A DNA stretch of 64,000 bases. Source: an uncultured Phycisphaerales bacterium (GTDB lineage: Bacteria; Planctomycetota; Phycisphaerae; Sedimentisphaerales; Anaerobacaceae). Under the pieces are notes generated by a model. That model worked only from the letters and a program-made list of their open reading frames with translations. It ran no database searches and was not told the DNA's origin. Every line of letters starts with the position of its first letter. The stretch's first letter is position 1. Location of the stretch: the NCBI GenBank assembly GCA_963772725.1, contig CAVYYI010000003.1, positions 1 to 64,000 on the forward strand. The letters run 5' to 3'. The position numbers were made by a program, and so were the translations under genes. Of this stretch, positions 46,050-57,257 are shown in pieces.

Positions 46050-47579
46050 ATGGCTGAAGAAAAAGAACGAAGACGAGCATTAAAAACACCGTAACAATCG
46101 AACAGACCGGGCCGTGCAAGAAGAAAGTAACCATTGAAGTCCCGGAAGAAACGATAAAAAAGGCTACCGATGAGCAATACGAGACTCTGCGGAAAGAGGC
46201 ACAAGTGCCGGGTTTCAGAAAAGGCAGGGCACCCGCAGGCTGCTGGAAAAGCGATTCGGCAAGGAAACTCGGAACAGATAAAGCTGAAAATCCTGGCGGA
46301 CGCAAGCGACGCGGCAATCAAGGACAATAAGATCGACATTCTCGGCGAGCCGAATATTGATCATGAGAAAGTAGAACTGCCTGCCGCCGGGGCGATGAAG
46401 TTTGATTTTGAAGTCGAGGTCAGGCCTGAATTTGAGCTGCCGAACCTCGAGGGCATACCTGTAAATAAAACCAAAATCGAAATCAGCGATGAGCAGATAA
46501 CAGAGGGAGATAGAACAATTGCAGAGATATTCCGGCACGTGGACACCGCAGAGAAGATGGAAGCGATTGAGCTTGATGACCAGGTGATTGCTGATGCCGT
46601 TTTGAAAATTGAAGGCGTAGAGGAAGAAGAAAAGCACAACAATATCGAGGTATATCGTCCGGCCGAACGGTTTTGTCAGTTCGATTCCGGTTGAAAAACT
46701 CGATGAACAGCTTATTGGGGCAAAGTCGGGCGACACAAGAAAATTCAGCGTTGACCGTACCCAAAACGTTCTTCAAGGAAGAATATCGCGGCAAAAACGT
46801 GGATATCAAGATTACCGTCAAGGACATCAAATGGCTTAAACCCGCGGAAATCAACGCGGACTTCCTCAAGAGATTTGGCGTTGAGACGGAGGCTGAATTA
46901 CGGGAACAAATGCGAGACCATGCTTGAGGGCAGGCTTGAGCAGGCATCGAGAACGGAGATGACCGAGCAGATTTATAAGCATCTGCTCGATAATACGAAG
47001 TTTGACCTTCCGATGGATATTGTCGCGGACCAGTCGAACGCAATTCTGCAGAGGCAATTCAACAACCTGATTCAGAGGGGCTTGCCAGCAGGAGCAGTTG
47101 AAAGAGGAACTTGAAAAGCTCCGGGCATCCAGCGACGACCAGGCCAAAGAACAGCTTAAGATATTCTTCATTATGGACAAAGTCGCCGAGAAGCTCAAAA
47201 TCGACGTTACCGAGGAAGAAATCAATGGCCACATTGCACAATTGGCTATTAGAAGGGGACAAAGGCCTGAACGAGTGCAGGGAAGAAATGGCTCCGCGAC
47301 GGGTCGCTGGCACAATTCAGACTTCAGGTGCGCGAAGAAAAGTGTGTCGCAAAGCTGCTCGAAACGGCGAAGATAACAGATGTTGAGCCTGTTAAAAAAG
47401 CGGAAAAGCCCGCCAAAGAGTCCGGAAAAACAGCGAAGAAAGCCTCTGAAAAACCAGTCAAGGCTGTTGGTAAGGAACCGGCTCAAAAAGCCCCAAAGGC
47501 AGAAAAGAAAAACTCGGAATCCAAAAAGGAAGCCAAGAAAGAAACCAAAAAAACGACTAAAAAGAAAACTGATAAATAA
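46050..47579 (+). CDS. tig: Trigger factor with a Lys/Ala-rich C-terminal tail; frameshifted
   Basis: VPGFRKGRAP ribosome-binding motif, FEVEVRPEFELP, FKBP-like middle; upstream of clpP. Confidence 0.9.
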
Positions 47580-47640
47580 AATTGACCGATATAACCTTTT
47601 GAAGAATTTTGGATTAAGGATTTTAGATTAAGGAATACAG

Positions 47641-48273
47641 ATGACTGAATATTATAAGCACAACCTTATTCGCGGCGTAAATGCGCAGGTGCAGAGCAGT
47701 TATCAGCGGACGCGTGAAATGACGCTGGACGATATGCTGCTCGATAACCGCATCGTGTTTCTGATTGGCGAAATATCTTATGCCAGGGCAGCGGAAGTGA
47801 TTATGAAACTGCTGTACCTGGATAACCTTAAACGTGCCAGCGAGATTAGCCTGTATATCAATTCGCCTGGCGGCTCGGTTGATGATACGATGGCGATTTA
47901 CGACACTATGCAGTTTATCGGCTCACCTGTAGCGACTTATTGTATAGGCGTCGCGCAGTCGGGAGGGGCAATAATTCTCGCCGCAGGGACAAAGGGCAAA
48001 CGTCACGCCCTGCCTCACGCCAAGATAATGCTTCATCAGCCATGGGGCGGCGTTACTGGTCAGGCCGCGGATATAAAAATACAGGCAGAAGAAATCGTCA
48101 AAGCCAAAAAAATGATAAACGAACTTCTCGCCAAGCACACCGGCCAGCCGATAGAGAAAATCGCCGCTGAGACGGAAAGAGACCGGTATATGACTGCGGA
48201 TGAGGCAAAGCAGTACGGCCTTATAGATGAGGTGCTGAAGGAAGAAGATAAAAAATCGGAAGTTAAGAAATAA
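47641..48273 (+). CDS. clpP: ATP-dependent Clp protease proteolytic subunit (1)
   Basis: [28 protein letters not shown]. Confidence 0.95.
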   Translation: MTEYYKHNLIRGVNAQVQSSYQRTREMTLDDMLLDNRIVFLIGEISYARAAEVIMKLLYLDNLKRASEISLYINSPGGSVDDTMAIYDTMQFIGSPVATYCIGVAQSGGAIILAAGTKGKRHALPHAKIMLHQPWGGVTGQAADIKIQAEEIVKAKKMINELLAKHTGQPIEKIAAETERDRYMTADEAKQYGLIDEVLKEEDKKSEVKK

Positions 48274-48380
48274 TCGCGTATTACACGGATTAAAATAGTT
48301 TTGAGTTTAAACGAATCTGTAAAAATCTGTGTGAATCTGTGGTTAAAAAATCAGTGTAATCTGTGATTAAAGAAGGAACA

Positions 48381-49022
48381 ATGGATATGATAGTTAATCA
48401 GCAGCTTGTACCAATTGTAATTGAAAAAGGCGGCAGAGTAGAACGTGCTTATGATATTTATTCGAGGCTGTTAAAGGATAGAATCATATTTCTCGGCGGG
48501 CCTGTCGATGATATAGCGGCCAATTTAGTCGTTGCACAACTGCTGTTCCTGAGCAACGAAGACAGCAAAAGCGATGTCCACTTTTATATCAATTCGCCGG
48601 GCGGTTCAATCACGGCGGGGCTGGCAATTTATGATACTATGCAGTTCCTTCGATGCGACGTGGCAACCTATTGCATAGGCCAGGCGGCGAGCATGGGTGC
48701 GGTACTGCTGGCAGGCGGAAACCAGGGCAAACGATTCCTTCTTGCCAACAGCCGGGTGCTGCTGCATCAGCCCTCAATTTCCGGGGTGCTCGAAGGAACC
48801 GCCACCGACCTCGAAATCGAAGCCAAAGAAATATTAAGATTACGCAAGCGGCTTTATGATATTCTCTCCAAAGACTCCGGGCAAAGCGCTGAAAAGATAG
48901 AAAAGGATTGCGACCGAAATCTGTGGCTTGAGGCCGATGAGGCGATTACCTACGGACTGGCAGACAGGATATTGCAGAAAGCGCCGGAAATTGTTAAAAA
49001 TAGCAGCAATGCCGACGAATAA
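48381..49022 (+). CDS. clpP: ATP-dependent Clp protease proteolytic subunit (2)
   Basis: [43 protein letters not shown]. Confidence 0.95.
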   Translation: MDMIVNQQLVPIVIEKGGRVERAYDIYSRLLKDRIIFLGGPVDDIAANLVVAQLLFLSNEDSKSDVHFYINSPGGSITAGLAIYDTMQFLRCDVATYCIGQAASMGAVLLAGGNQGKRFLLANSRVLLHQPSISGVLEGTATDLEIEAKEILRLRKRLYDILSKDSGQSAEKIEKDCDRNLWLEADEAITYGLADRILQKAPEIVKNSSNADE

Positions 49023-49104
49023 AAGAATATATAAACGCTGATTACACTGATTAAAAAGAAAAAAAATCTCCGAACTCAGCGGTGAATTCTGAAAGGTCAT
49101 TACA

Positions 49105-49710
49105 TTGAAAACGGTAATACTTGTTTTAACCGGATTGCTGGTGTTCGGGGCAGCGGGATGTAAAAGCAGCAATATCAGCAATCTGCCGCTGCTCAAGGAA
49201 ATCGGTGACATAAAAACCGAGAAACAAAAGACTGAAAGTCAAATCGAACAATTACAAAAAGATAATGCGCACTTGAAAAACCAGGTAGAGATGATGTCCG
49301 GGCTGAAACCCGGCCTAAATGTTAAAAGCATTTACAGTCTTGAGGGAGTGAACCTAACCAAATATTCAGGCATTTACGACAAGAATAATGACAGCATAAA
49401 AGAATCGCTGATAGTTTATGTCCAGCCGATAGATAATACCGGCGACGTGGTAAAAGCCGCGGGAACCGTAGATGTGCAGCTTTGGAATCTTAACACAGGC
49501 GATAAAAATGCTTTATTAGGCGAATGGCATATCGGGCCACAGGAACTCAAAAAGCTATGGTTTTCAACGCTGTTAAGCACAAATTACCGCTTGATTTTTA
49601 ACGTGGGTGATAAGATTAAAGGCCTCACCGAACCGCTGACCGTCAAGGTAACTTTCACAGATTATCTCACCGGCCAAAAGTTCGAGCAGCAAAAGGCCGT
49701 TAATCCTTAA
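49105..49710 (+). CDS. Hypothetical lipoprotein
   Basis: Lipobox AAGC after a hydrophobic leader; short coiled coil. Confidence 0.7.
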   Translation: MKTVILVLTGLLVFGAAGCKSSNISNLPLLKEIGDIKTEKQKTESQIEQLQKDNAHLKNQVEMMSGLKPGLNVKSIYSLEGVNLTKYSGIYDKNNDSIKESLIVYVQPIDNTGDVVKAAGTVDVQLWNLNTGDKNALLGEWHIGPQELKKLWFSTLLSTNYRLIFNVGDKIKGLTEPLTVKVTFTDYLTGQKFEQQKAVNP

Positions 49711-49793
49711 TTACGATTGTAATTTTCATCTCACAGACCACAAAACTTAGAATTGCTTCTTGCAGAATCGGCGGTTGGGTATAAAATATCTCT

Positions 49794-50738
49794 ATGCAGG
49801 ATATGCTCAATAAAATAATTTGCGGCGATTGTATAGAGATTCTAAAAGGGATTGATGAACCTTTTGCGGATTTGATTTTTGCGGACCCACCTTTTAACAT
49901 CGGCTATAAGTACGACAAATACCACGATAAAAAACAGCGAGAGCATTATATTGACTGGACAACGCAGTGGATGACCGCATGCAAAAAAGTTCTCAAGCCC
50001 AATGGTTCATTTTATATCGCTATCGGGGACGATTATGCCGCGAACATTAAAGTCATCGCCGATGAGCTTGGCCTTATAATGCGAAACTGGATTATCTGGC
50101 ATTACACGTTCGGCCAGCAGACAAAAGACAAGTTCGCCCGCTCGCACACGCATATATTTTACTTCGTCCAGGACAAAAAGAATTTCACGTTTAACGATTA
50201 CGCGGTTCGGGTGCCTTCCGACAGGCAATTGCTTTACAACGATAAACGCGCTGATTCGAGAGGCAAAATGCCCAACGATGTCTGGACATATTCTCGCGTT
50301 TGCGGAACATTTAAGGAGCGCACCGGCTGGCACCCCTGCCAGATGCCCGAAAACCTCCTCAAAAGAATTTTAACCGTAAGCTCCAATATCGGCGATTGCG
50401 TGCTTGACCCATTCAGCGGTTCAGGAACCACAGCGGCGACCGCAAAACAGTCGAACAGAAATTATATAGGCATCGACATATCTGAAACTTATGTTGAAAA
50501 CGCGAGAAGACGGCTGGCTGAACTCAAAAATACATCATCGGAGAGCCTGTTCCTCAATGCTGTCGAACTGGACGTAGTTAAACAGCTTTTGCATGATATG
50601 GAAAAACCAGCTAAGGAAATAATCGCCGACAAAAGTCTTCTGAAATTATTTACAAATCAGCTTGTCATACGAATGAATGCGAAGAATGAATATCGCAAAG
50701 AACAAATTGCCGCCGCGTTAAAGGAAATAACCGATTGA
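49794..50738 (+). CDS. Orphan N4/N6 DNA methyltransferase (beta class)
   Basis: IFADPPFN precedes HPCQMP and VLDPFSGSGTT. Confidence 0.9.
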   Translation: MQDMLNKIICGDCIEILKGIDEPFADLIFADPPFNIGYKYDKYHDKKQREHYIDWTTQWMTACKKVLKPNGSFYIAIGDDYAANIKVIADELGLIMRNWIIWHYTFGQQTKDKFARSHTHIFYFVQDKKNFTFNDYAVRVPSDRQLLYNDKRADSRGKMPNDVWTYSRVCGTFKERTGWHPCQMPENLLKRILTVSSNIGDCVLDPFSGSGTTAATAKQSNRNYIGIDISETYVENARRRLAELKNTSSESLFLNAVELDVVKQLLHDMEKPAKEIIADKSLLKLFTNQLVIRMNAKNEYRKEQIAAALKEITD

Positions 50739-52447
50739 TATTCTCCGGTATTAAAAATATCCTGTGGCTTTGCATGCCTTTCGCTGCGAGTGCGGTGATG
50801 CTGACGGTTATTCAGTTGCCGATTGGGCTGTCGCACTGGGCGTGGATAGCGTATGTGCCTTTTGTTTTGGCCTGCTCGCCTAATGCCAATTTACGTTACC
50901 TGGCGATATCATCTTATCTTGTCGGCTTGTGTTACTGGCTGGCAAATCTGTACTGGGTAGAACCGGTAACACTCTTAGGCTGGTTAGCATTCTGCCTTTA
51001 TACCGCGGTACTCTGGCCATTAATAGTTTATGCCCTGCGATGGTGCAGGACACGAAAATTACCGCTGTTTATCGCCCTGCCGCTCCTGGTTGTCGGTGTT
51101 GAAAATATACAGGGATTTTTTCTCGGCGGCTTTTACTGGCGATTTCTCGCTCACAGCCAGTACGCGAACATACCGCTTATCCAGATTGCAGACATATTCG
51201 GCGCATCAGGCGTGTCGTTTCTTATCGCGATGGTCAACGGTCTGTTGGCGGAATTTATACTCGCTTCCAGAGACAAATCACTTTTCAAAATTAGCAGCTT
51301 AATAAAAACCATAATAGTTGGTGTTTCAGTAATAGTGGCGATTCTTTATGGCCAATGGCGAATAAAACAATCCGAAAACTGTATAAAAGATGGCCCGCTG
51401 GTATGTTCCGTCCAGTCAAATGTTCCGCAGTCGGTTAAAGATTCTGGTTCAGCTCAAAATGACGAGATGATGTTTAATGACCTTATGCGTGACAGCAATG
51501 CCGCCGCCAAGTCCGGTGCGGAATTAATTGTCTGGCCTGAAACAATGGTGCAGGCCATACTTGACCAGCGTGTTTTGATGTATCTTAATGATACCCAACT
51601 CTATAGAGTCTTCGATAAACGGCTAAAAGATTTCACGAAAGACAATAAAACATACCTGCTGGTCGGCGCAACAGCGCAATCCCCGAATTAAAACCCGATA
51701 TGAGCATAGGCATCACGGAAAAATATAATTCGGCTTTTCTTTACAAACCCGACGGCATGGCATCAAACAAACAATACAACAAGATTCATTTAGTACCGTT
51801 CGGCGAAGTGGTGCCATTCAAAAAAAGCCTGCCCTGGTTGCATAACCTGCTGATGAAATTTACGCCTTACGATTTTGATTATTCGCTTGATTACGGCACA
51901 GAATACACCATCTTCGAAATAACCAATGCTCTTAAGCCGCAAATCTATAAGTTCGCCGTTATGATATGCTATGAAGATACGATTCCCGCTATCGCAAGGA
52001 AATTCGCCCTCGATGAGCAGGGGCAAAAACGTATCGACTGGCTCATAAATATAAGCAACGACGGTTGGTTTGTCAGGTTTGAAAACGACAAGGTTATCCC
52101 CAGCGCCGAACTGCCTCAACACGCCGCGGTTTGCGTCTTTAGAGCAGTCGAAAATCGCCTCGCCGTCCTGCGTAGCGTCAATACCGGTATCAGCTGCCTT
52201 ATTGACTCGTCAGGCCGCATCAGAAACAGCTATATTTCGTCAAGTGTCAACCTCCCTGCCAAGGCGCTGGACCGCAAAGGAATCTCTGGATGGTTCACTG
52301 ATAAAATGCCGATAGATAAAAGGATAACATTTTTCAGCAGATACGGCCGATTGCTCGAACCGATTTTGTGTATTTTGTTCATTTTTAATACTAATAACGC
52401 CGTCTGCGGTAAAATTTATCGGTACAAAGAAAAGAAAGATTCGATAA
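50735..52447 (+). CDS. lnt: Apolipoprotein N-acyltransferase; frameshifted
   Basis: Multi-TM N-terminus, QSNVPQ, IVWPET, YNSA, KIHLVPFGE, ICYED, NISNDGWF, RAVENR, NTGIS. Confidence 0.92.
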
Positions 52448-53440
52448 ATGAAAAAATTCGGTTACAAAATTTTCCCACTTGTTTTTGCCCTGATTTCGGG
52501 CTGTGGAATTCCTGCGCCGCAGGACAACTATTCATCCGCTCAACTCGAAGAACAGGCAGTTCAAATAGTTAAAGACGGACTTTCCGACAGTAACCCGCGA
52601 ATCAGGGTGATGTCAACTGAAACTGTCGCGGTTACCAAAAAGACTCAATTGATTCCGGGCACTCAGAAGTTACTAAAAGATGATTTCGTGCCGGTGCGAT
52701 TTTCCGCTGCTTTGGCGATGGGAGATTTGCGGTACAAACTCGCAGAAGGACAGCTAAAACTTCTAATGGCCAAAGACCCCGATGAAAACGTCAAGATAGC
52801 CGCCTCTTACGCGCTGAATAAATTAAGTTCGAGCGACAATTATGTCCTTATCGTTAAAGCCTTAAGAAGCAGAAATCAAACCCTTCGTGCTAATGCCGCG
52901 ATGCTCCTGGGCAAAAGCGGCGACAGGAAAATGCTCAAGCCCTTGTATGACGTTATGACAAATGAAAATTCGGATGACAAAACGAGTTTCCAGGCCGCGG
53001 AAGCGATAGCGAGACTTGGCGATGAAAACATATATTCCAAACTTTGGACAATGCTTATAAGTAAATTCGCCGATGACAGGATTATTGGTACTGAGGCGAT
53101 GGGATCTCTCGGGACAAAAGACGCTAAAAACGCCTTGATTAGAATGCTCTCCGACCCTGTAATGGAAGTCAGACTTGCTTCTGCCAGGCAACTTGGCGAA
53201 CTCGGCGATACCACAGGGGAGCCCGAAGTACTTGAAGTATTTATAAAACCTCTGCCATCTGATTTGACTAAGGAAGATGTAGAGCGTATAAATATTCAAG
53301 CGGCTTTAGCCATAGGACAAATTGGCACCGAAAGCCTCAAAAGATATTTGCCGCAATTGCTTAATAATGAATCCGCTTTTGTCCGATTGGCGGCGGCGAA
53401 AGCAGTTTTGCAGTGTTCTGGAAGAAAAATTAAATCTTAA
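52448..53440 (+). CDS. HEAT-repeat lipoprotein
   Basis: Lipobox ISGC; repeated VR..AA.ALG units. Confidence 0.8.
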   Translation: MKKFGYKIFPLVFALISGCGIPAPQDNYSSAQLEEQAVQIVKDGLSDSNPRIRVMSTETVAVTKKTQLIPGTQKLLKDDFVPVRFSAALAMGDLRYKLAEGQLKLLMAKDPDENVKIAASYALNKLSSSDNYVLIVKALRSRNQTLRANAAMLLGKSGDRKMLKPLYDVMTNENSDDKTSFQAAEAIARLGDENIYSKLWTMLISKFADDRIIGTEAMGSLGTKDAKNALIRMLSDPVMEVRLASARQLGELGDTTGEPEVLEVFIKPLPSDLTKEDVERINIQAALAIGQIGTESLKRYLPQLLNNESAFVRLAAAKAVLQCSGRKIKS

Positions 53441-53514
53441 CGTCCTAAAAAATTATTGCTTTTTATGAAAAAACCTGATTTTCTGCTGCTTTTTGCAGAA
53501 TGATTAAAAATATG

Positions 53515-53543
53515 TTGACTTTTTTGCGTTTTGAGCGTAAAAT
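53515..53543 (+). promoter_or_regulatory. Sigma70 promoter
   Basis: TTGACT-N17-TAAAAT. Confidence 0.65.
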
Positions 53544-53609
53544 AGGTAATTTATAAGGAGTGTTACCTTTAAAACTGGGTAATTTGGTGATAAGTGAAAG
53601 GAGCCGATT

Positions 53610-54491
53610 TTGAGTACTCTTACAAAGATTCTAATTGTCCTGCTGACCATTTCAGCTATTTTTCTTTGCGGAATTGTGGCAACTTATGTGGGAACCGCGG
53701 ATAATTATAAACAAAAATATAATGACTCTATGAGGGACCGGCAAGCCGTACAGCTTGAGAAAAATAAGCTTACCGATGACTTAAATAAAAAGATTGCGGA
53801 AGCAGACAGGCAGAAAAAGCAGACGGATGACGAAATCGCCTCTCTTAAAAGAGACTTGGATAAGATTCAGGGCGAACTCAACTCAACTAAAACCCAGAAC
53901 GCTGAACTAGTGAAAAGGGTAAGCGAATCTGAAGCAGTAGTAAAAAATGCTAACGAAACCAACCAAAAAAATAGTGACCTGCTGAAAAGCACTCTCGATG
54001 AGCTCGATAAACACAAGACTCAGCAAATCAAAGACCAGAAAGAGATAAAAGAAACCACAGCCTATCTGCGTGAAAAAATGGCTGTTATAGACTCCCTTGA
54101 ATCTGAGAAAAAACGATTGACTGAGGAAAAGACCCAACTCCAGAACCGGCTGGATAAACTTCTACAGGCCGGTGGCAAGATAACCGCCGAAACGACCCCT
54201 GTAACGCCCGAAAAAGGCATAGTGAAACCAGCTCGAACTGTACCTTCAGCCACCAGGGAAATCGGTCTCAAAGGACTTGTTAATGCCGTAGATGTGCCAA
54301 ATTCTATGGCAAGCGTTTCGCTCGGCTCGGCTGACGGAGTAAGACAGGGAATGATTTTCCATGTTATTCGAGGCGATGAATTTATTTGCGACATTCTTAT
54401 CCTCGACGTGGATACTGAGCAATCCGTTGGAGCTTTACAGAAAGTCCAGCAGGAACCCAAAGTCGGCGATACGGCCGCGACCAATTTTTAG
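53610..54491 (+). CDS. Membrane-anchored long coiled-coil protein with a small C-terminal beta domain
   Basis: N-terminal TM, ~160-aa heptad-rich region, C-terminal SLGSADGVRQGMIFHVIRG. Confidence 0.75.
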   Translation: MSTLTKILIVLLTISAIFLCGIVATYVGTADNYKQKYNDSMRDRQAVQLEKNKLTDDLNKKIAEADRQKKQTDDEIASLKRDLDKIQGELNSTKTQNAELVKRVSESEAVVKNANETNQKNSDLLKSTLDELDKHKTQQIKDQKEIKETTAYLREKMAVIDSLESEKKRLTEEKTQLQNRLDKLLQAGGKITAETTPVTPEKGIVKPARTVPSATREIGLKGLVNAVDVPNSMASVSLGSADGVRQGMIFHVIRGDEFICDILILDVDTEQSVGALQKVQQEPKVGDTAATNF

Positions 54492-54552
54492 ATGTTCATC
54501 AAAAGTTATTATAGAAAATTTTGAATTTTATTAACAAAAGTGAGTTTTAAAT

Positions 54553-54711
54553 ATGGACCCTGTAAATCAGATTCGCGGCGGTAAAATAATCGCGGCCAAC
54601 AACCTTTACACAATTATTCTTGCCCTCGCCCTGGGGGCAGTTGCGACAACCGCTGCATTCGTCGCTTATACCTGCTATTTTCAGTACGGTACAATATTCA
54701 AGATTCAGTAG
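54553..54711 (+). CDS. Small single-TM protein (52 aa, absent from the ORF track)
   Basis: MDPVNQIRGGKIIAANNLYTIILALALGAVATTAAFVAYTCYFQYGTIFKIQ*. Confidence 0.55.
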   Translation: MDPVNQIRGGKIIAANNLYTIILALALGAVATTAAFVAYTCYFQYGTIFKIQ

Positions 54712-54722
54712 CAAATTGATAG

Positions 54723-54751
54723 TTGACAACTCTTTGGCTTAATGCTAAAAA
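54723..54751 (+). promoter_or_regulatory. Sigma70 promoter of the mre operon
   Basis: TTGACA-N17-TAAAAT with an extended TG. Confidence 0.7.
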
Positions 54752-54789
54752 TAGTTAATTATTAATTAAATTTGAGAAGGGAGTCTAAA

Positions 54790-55851
54790 GTGCTACCACT
54801 GGGACCAATTTTAGGTTGGTTCAGTATGGATATGGGTATTGACCTGGGTACCTGCTCAACCCTCGTATGTGTTCGAGGTAAAGGTATCGTATTGAACGAA
54901 CCATCTGTCGTTGCCGTTCGCAAAGGAACCAATATAGTTCTCAACAATGGCGAAGCCGTCGGACTTGTCGTGCGCGAAATGCTCGGCAAAACTCCAGGCT
55001 CCATCAGCGCCATCAGGCCGCTCAAGCACGGCGTAATCAGTGATTTCGAAATAACCGAAGCCATGCTCAGCTATTTTATCCGAAAGGTACACGGTAAAGG
55101 CGGCCACCTGATAAGACCCCGTGTGGTCATCGCCGTACCAAGCGGTATCACCGCTGTTGAACGACGTGCCGTTATCGACAGCGCCGAAAGAGCGGGAGCA
55201 AGAAAGGTGTACCTCGTTGATGAACCTATGGCCGCTGGAATCGGAGCCGGCCTACCTATAACTGAACCTACCGCTTCGATGATTGTCGATATTGGCGGCG
55301 GTACTACCGAAGTCGCCATAATAAGTCTGGCCGATATCGCTACCTGTCAATCCATCCGAGTCGGAGGCGATTCACTCGATGAGGCTATCATTAGCCACCT
55401 CAAAAAAACATATAATCTTCTTATTGGTGAGGCAAGAGCCGAAAAAGTTAAAATCCAGATTGGCTCGGCGGCGCCTCTCGAAGAAGAATTGACAATGGAA
55501 GTTTCAGGAAGGGATACCATATCCGGGCTGCCGAGAAAAATCGTCATAACCAGCGAGGAAATACGCGAGGCACTTCGCGAGGCTCTGGCGGCAATTATCG
55601 AGGCCGTTACCCATACCCTCGAAAAGGCTGAGCCGGAACTTGCCGCGGACCTTATCGACAACGGTATATGCATCTGCGGCGGAACTTCTCTTCTTCGCGG
55701 TATTGACAGTATCCTCACGACGGCTACCGGGCTAAAGGTGGAAAGAGCAGAAGACCCCCTAAGCTGTGTCGCGAGAGGCACAAGCGTTTATCTCGAAAAC
55801 CTCGAACTATGGAAGGATACCATGGACCACAGCGACAGGGTCTGGGAGTAA
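54790..55851 (+). CDS. mreB: Rod shape-determining protein MreB
   Basis: GIDLGT, NEPSVVA, RPLKHGVISDF, EPMAAGIGAGLP, VDIGGGTTE, GGTSLLRG. Confidence 0.96.
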   Translation: MLPLGPILGWFSMDMGIDLGTCSTLVCVRGKGIVLNEPSVVAVRKGTNIVLNNGEAVGLVVREMLGKTPGSISAIRPLKHGVISDFEITEAMLSYFIRKVHGKGGHLIRPRVVIAVPSGITAVERRAVIDSAERAGARKVYLVDEPMAAGIGAGLPITEPTASMIVDIGGGTTEVAIISLADIATCQSIRVGGDSLDEAIISHLKKTYNLLIGEARAEKVKIQIGSAAPLEEELTMEVSGRDTISGLPRKIVITSEEIREALREALAAIIEAVTHTLEKAEPELAADLIDNGICICGGTSLLRGIDSILTTATGLKVERAEDPLSCVARGTSVYLENLELWKDTMDHSDRVWE

Positions 55852-55929
55852 AAACGGATTGCGAACGTGGAGACGCGTCTGAGGACGGGTTTTGAATTTA
55901 TGGAGCGGCATTTTTAGCCGCTTGACATT

Positions 55930-56757
55930 ATGGCAAGGAAGCGAATTAAAGTCTCCAAAAGGATGTTGTTTACCTGGGGTATGCTGGCAGGGTTGATTCT
56001 CCTCCTGGCCCCAGCGAGTATTACTAATAAATTCCCTTTGGCTTTTGCCAGGATTTTCAGATGGCCTCTCAGCATAGGCAGGAATATTTCACTCGCAGCT
56101 ATTACGCAACAGTCACAAGTTAACACTGTGGACACTTCAGAATACCAGCAGTTGCGAAGACAATACGAACAGCTTCAGAATCACTATACAAATGTCAGAG
56201 AACGGCTCGAACAAGTCTTGAAAGAAAACGAGAAACTTTCCGGAATACAAAAAAGGCTGCCCTTCCCGAATGTCAACTTCGTTTCAGCCGATATCACCAC
56301 CGCCTCAGTCAGCCCGTCAAGTGATATACTTATAATTAACTGCGGCAAAAAAGAAGGACTCGCCAAGGACCAATTTGTTTTGGGAGATAACAGCATCATA
56401 GGCGCTATATCCGATGTCCAGGAAAATACCGCGACGGTAAAACTCCTTACTGACCCTTCTTCAAAGCTGGTTGCAAAAGTCGATGGTATAAAGGAGCCTC
56501 GCCCCCTGTATGGAAACGGCAATGGTTCTGCCTGCGTTAAACTTGTCAGAAATGCTATTAAGCCGGGCGCTAATGTAACCATTGAGAAAAAGCCCGGTTT
56601 CCTGGATTCACCTATAATTGCCGGCAGAGTTAAAAAGTGCACTAAAAATGAAACACCTTTGGTCTGGGACCTGATAATTGAACCGGCCTGCGACGTGCGG
56701 AAACTCAGCGATGTAACTGTAATAGTAATGAACCCGAAGAGAAAACAGGGGTTATGA
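55930..56757 (+). CDS. mreC: Rod shape-determining protein MreC
   Basis: TM, coiled coil, IINCGKKEGL and VKLLTDP; follows mreB. Confidence 0.85.
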   Translation: MARKRIKVSKRMLFTWGMLAGLILLLAPASITNKFPLAFARIFRWPLSIGRNISLAAITQQSQVNTVDTSEYQQLRRQYEQLQNHYTNVRERLEQVLKENEKLSGIQKRLPFPNVNFVSADITTASVSPSSDILIINCGKKEGLAKDQFVLGDNSIIGAISDVQENTATVKLLTDPSSKLVAKVDGIKEPRPLYGNGNGSACVKLVRNAIKPGANVTIEKKPGFLDSPIIAGRVKKCTKNETPLVWDLIIEPACDVRKLSDVTVIVMNPKRKQGL

Positions 56758-56758
56758 G

Positions 56759-57244
56759 ATGCGATGGTTTAAGTTTGCGGCTTTAATTCTTGTTGTAACC
56801 TTTCTGCAGGCCGATATGGTGGCTGTAATCGCCGTTAAAAATATTAAACCGAATTTACTGCTGATTCTGCTCGTCTTTTTCAGCATCTATTGCGACACTG
56901 TCGAAGCGATAATAATTTCATTTGGCATAGGTTTTGCCGCCGACCTCATAATCAACGCGATGGGGCCCCAGACAATCAGCTTCGGACTTTTCGGCACTTT
57001 GCTGGCATATCTGAACCACACCATCGCCATAAGAAAATTTCCGCATCAGATGACCGCTATTTTGGTCGTTGGCATTCTGACGGCTATACTGGCCTATTTA
57101 TTAAGCTTCCTTAAAAACAGAGAGATTACACTGGACGCATATTCTGTTTTTCTGACCTCGCTATATTCAGGTATCATCGGGCCTTTTTTATTTGTGCCCG
57201 CCGCGTGGCTGATGGGCATAAAGACAAAACGTTTCAGCCGTTGA
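56759..57244 (+). CDS. mreD: Rod shape-determining protein MreD
   Basis: Multi-TM protein with PNLLLI and GFAADL; synteny. Confidence 0.85.
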   Translation: MRWFKFAALILVVTFLQADMVAVIAVKNIKPNLLLILLVFFSIYCDTVEAIIISFGIGFAADLIINAMGPQTISFGLFGTLLAYLNHTIAIRKFPHQMTAILVVGILTAILAYLLSFLKNREITLDAYSVFLTSLYSGIIGPFLFVPAAWLMGIKTKRFSR

Positions 57245-57257
57245 ACCGCTGACATAT

